Source: Squalus acanthias (taxonomy: Eukaryota). From it: DNA of 64,000 bases. The position numbers were made by a program, and so were the translations under genes. Under the pieces are notes generated by a model. It was not told the DNA's origin, did no database searches, and worked only from the letters and a program-made list of their open reading frames with translations. Positions 62,701-64,000 of this stretch are shown piece after piece (the stretch's first letter is position 1; the number at the start of each line of letters is the position of its first letter). The stretch covers positions 112,594,001-112,658,000 of the forward strand of contig CM059432.1 of NCBI GenBank assembly GCA_030390025.1, read 5' to 3'.

Positions 62701-64000
62701 CACCCCCTACTATAGCTCTACTCTGTATCCCATCCCCCTGCCAAGTTAGTTGAACCCCCCCCCCCCCCTGTTTAGGTTTAGGTGCAACCCGTCCGACTTG
62801 TACAGGTCCCACCTTCCCCAGAAGCAGACCCAGTGATCCAGGAAACTAAAGCCCTCCCTCCTTCACCAGCTCTTTAGCCACGCATTTATCTGCTCTATCC
62901 TCCTATTCCTATCCTCACTAGCACGTGGCACCGAGAGTAATCCAGAGATTACAACCTTTGAGGTCCTGCTTTTTAATCTGCTACCTAGCTCCCTAAATTC
63001 TTGTTGCAGGACCTCATCCCTCTTTCTACCCATGTCGTTGGTACCAATGTGAACCACGACCTCTGACTGTTCGCCCATCCCCTTCAGAATGCCCTGCAGC
63101 TGTTCAGTGACATCCTTGACCCTGGCACCATGGAGGCAACATACCATCCTGGAGTCACGTCTGCGGCCACAGAAACGTCTATCTATTCCCCTTACTATAG
63201 AATCCCCTATCACTATTGCTCTCCCACTCTTTTTCCTCCGCTCCTATGCAGCTGAGCCACTCGTAGTGCCATGGACTTGGCTCTTGCTGCATTTACCTGA
63301 GAAACCATCTCCCCCATCAGTATTCAAAACGGAAAATCTGTCGTAGAGGGAGATGGACCCAGGGGACTCCTGCACTCCCTTCCTAGTTCTTTTACTCTGT
63401 CTGGCGGTCACCCATTTCCTGTCCGCCTGTGCAATCTTTACCTGCGGTGTGACCACCTCGTTAAACGTGCTATCCACGAAGATCTCAGCTTCGCGGATGC
63501 TCCAGTGACTCCAGCCGCAGCTCCAGCTCCGAAACGCGGATTTCGAGTAGCTGCAACTGGAGATACTTCCTGCACATGTGTTTGCCCTGGACACTGAAAG
63601 TGTCCCTGACTTCCCACATAGCACAGGAGGAGCACTCCACGCTGCCGAGCTGCCAAGCCATGTCCTACCCTTATTTACTCCCTTTACTTTCTTTAAATTA
63701 AAGAATATTAAATACACTACTTATTCTAAACTAGAGACCTTACTTTTATTTTAACGACTGGACTGTAGAAATACTCACCAGGTCCTACTTACCAATCAGC
63801 TCCTTACCTGGTTATGACGTCACTTTAGCGGTTTCGCAGTTGTTGTTGTTTGACTGCTCCTGCTCTCGGACTCTTTCCTTGGTGTAAAGTAAGAACCAAT
63901 TCCTACAGGGTGAAAAGTTAGGAAAAACGAAGGTGAAGCAAGGGAGCTCCTTCTTCCACTCCTCACCTAACCCCCTGACTCAACCAACTCGCAGCACTCT
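59762..64000 (-). mobile_element. Near full-length CR1 LINE, with the 5' UTR probably running off the window end
   Basis: ORF1 remnants (IGDSIVRG..VHIGTND); 569-aa APE-containing ORF 61103-62812; RT ORF 60291-61082 (KFADDTK). Confidence 0.95.

Noticed and set aside
1..64000. Prokaryotic systems (CRISPR array, retron/DGR, operons)
   Set aside because: No regularly spaced repeat-spacer units. All RT motifs are non-LTR LINE type, linked to APE endonuclease or LINE 3' ends, and coding density is low.

Overview
This is eukaryotic, repeat-dominated DNA rather than a prokaryotic window: there are no operons, rRNA genes or CRISPR arrays. The repeat families resemble those of cartilaginous-fish (shark-like) genomes, which is my inference from recognition only. 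Most of the 64 kb consists of nested non-LTR retrotransposons. These include many CR1 LINEs (two near full length, with ZnF/leucine-zipper/SGNH-esterase ORF1 plus APE-RT ORF2), three copies of a second, apparently single-ORF APE-RT LINE whose 5' end looks tRNA-derived, L2 remnants and an L1/Tx1-type zinc-knuckle ORF1. There are also several PIF/Harbinger DNA transposons (transposase remnants, Myb/SANT ORFs, TIRs), MITEs and tRNA-derived SINEs. Nearly all long ORFs in the track are disrupted retroelement genes or their antisense shadows. Highlights: (1) short TSD-flanked inserts carrying minimal type-I hammerhead ribozyme motifs, with a compensatory stem-I change between two copies; (2) a tRNA-headed LINE together with a short element built from that LINE's own head and tail; (3) a Tx1-type ORF1 starting right after a truncated tRNA-like head; (4) three phase-compatible candidate minus-strand exons of an unidentified host gene (low confidence).
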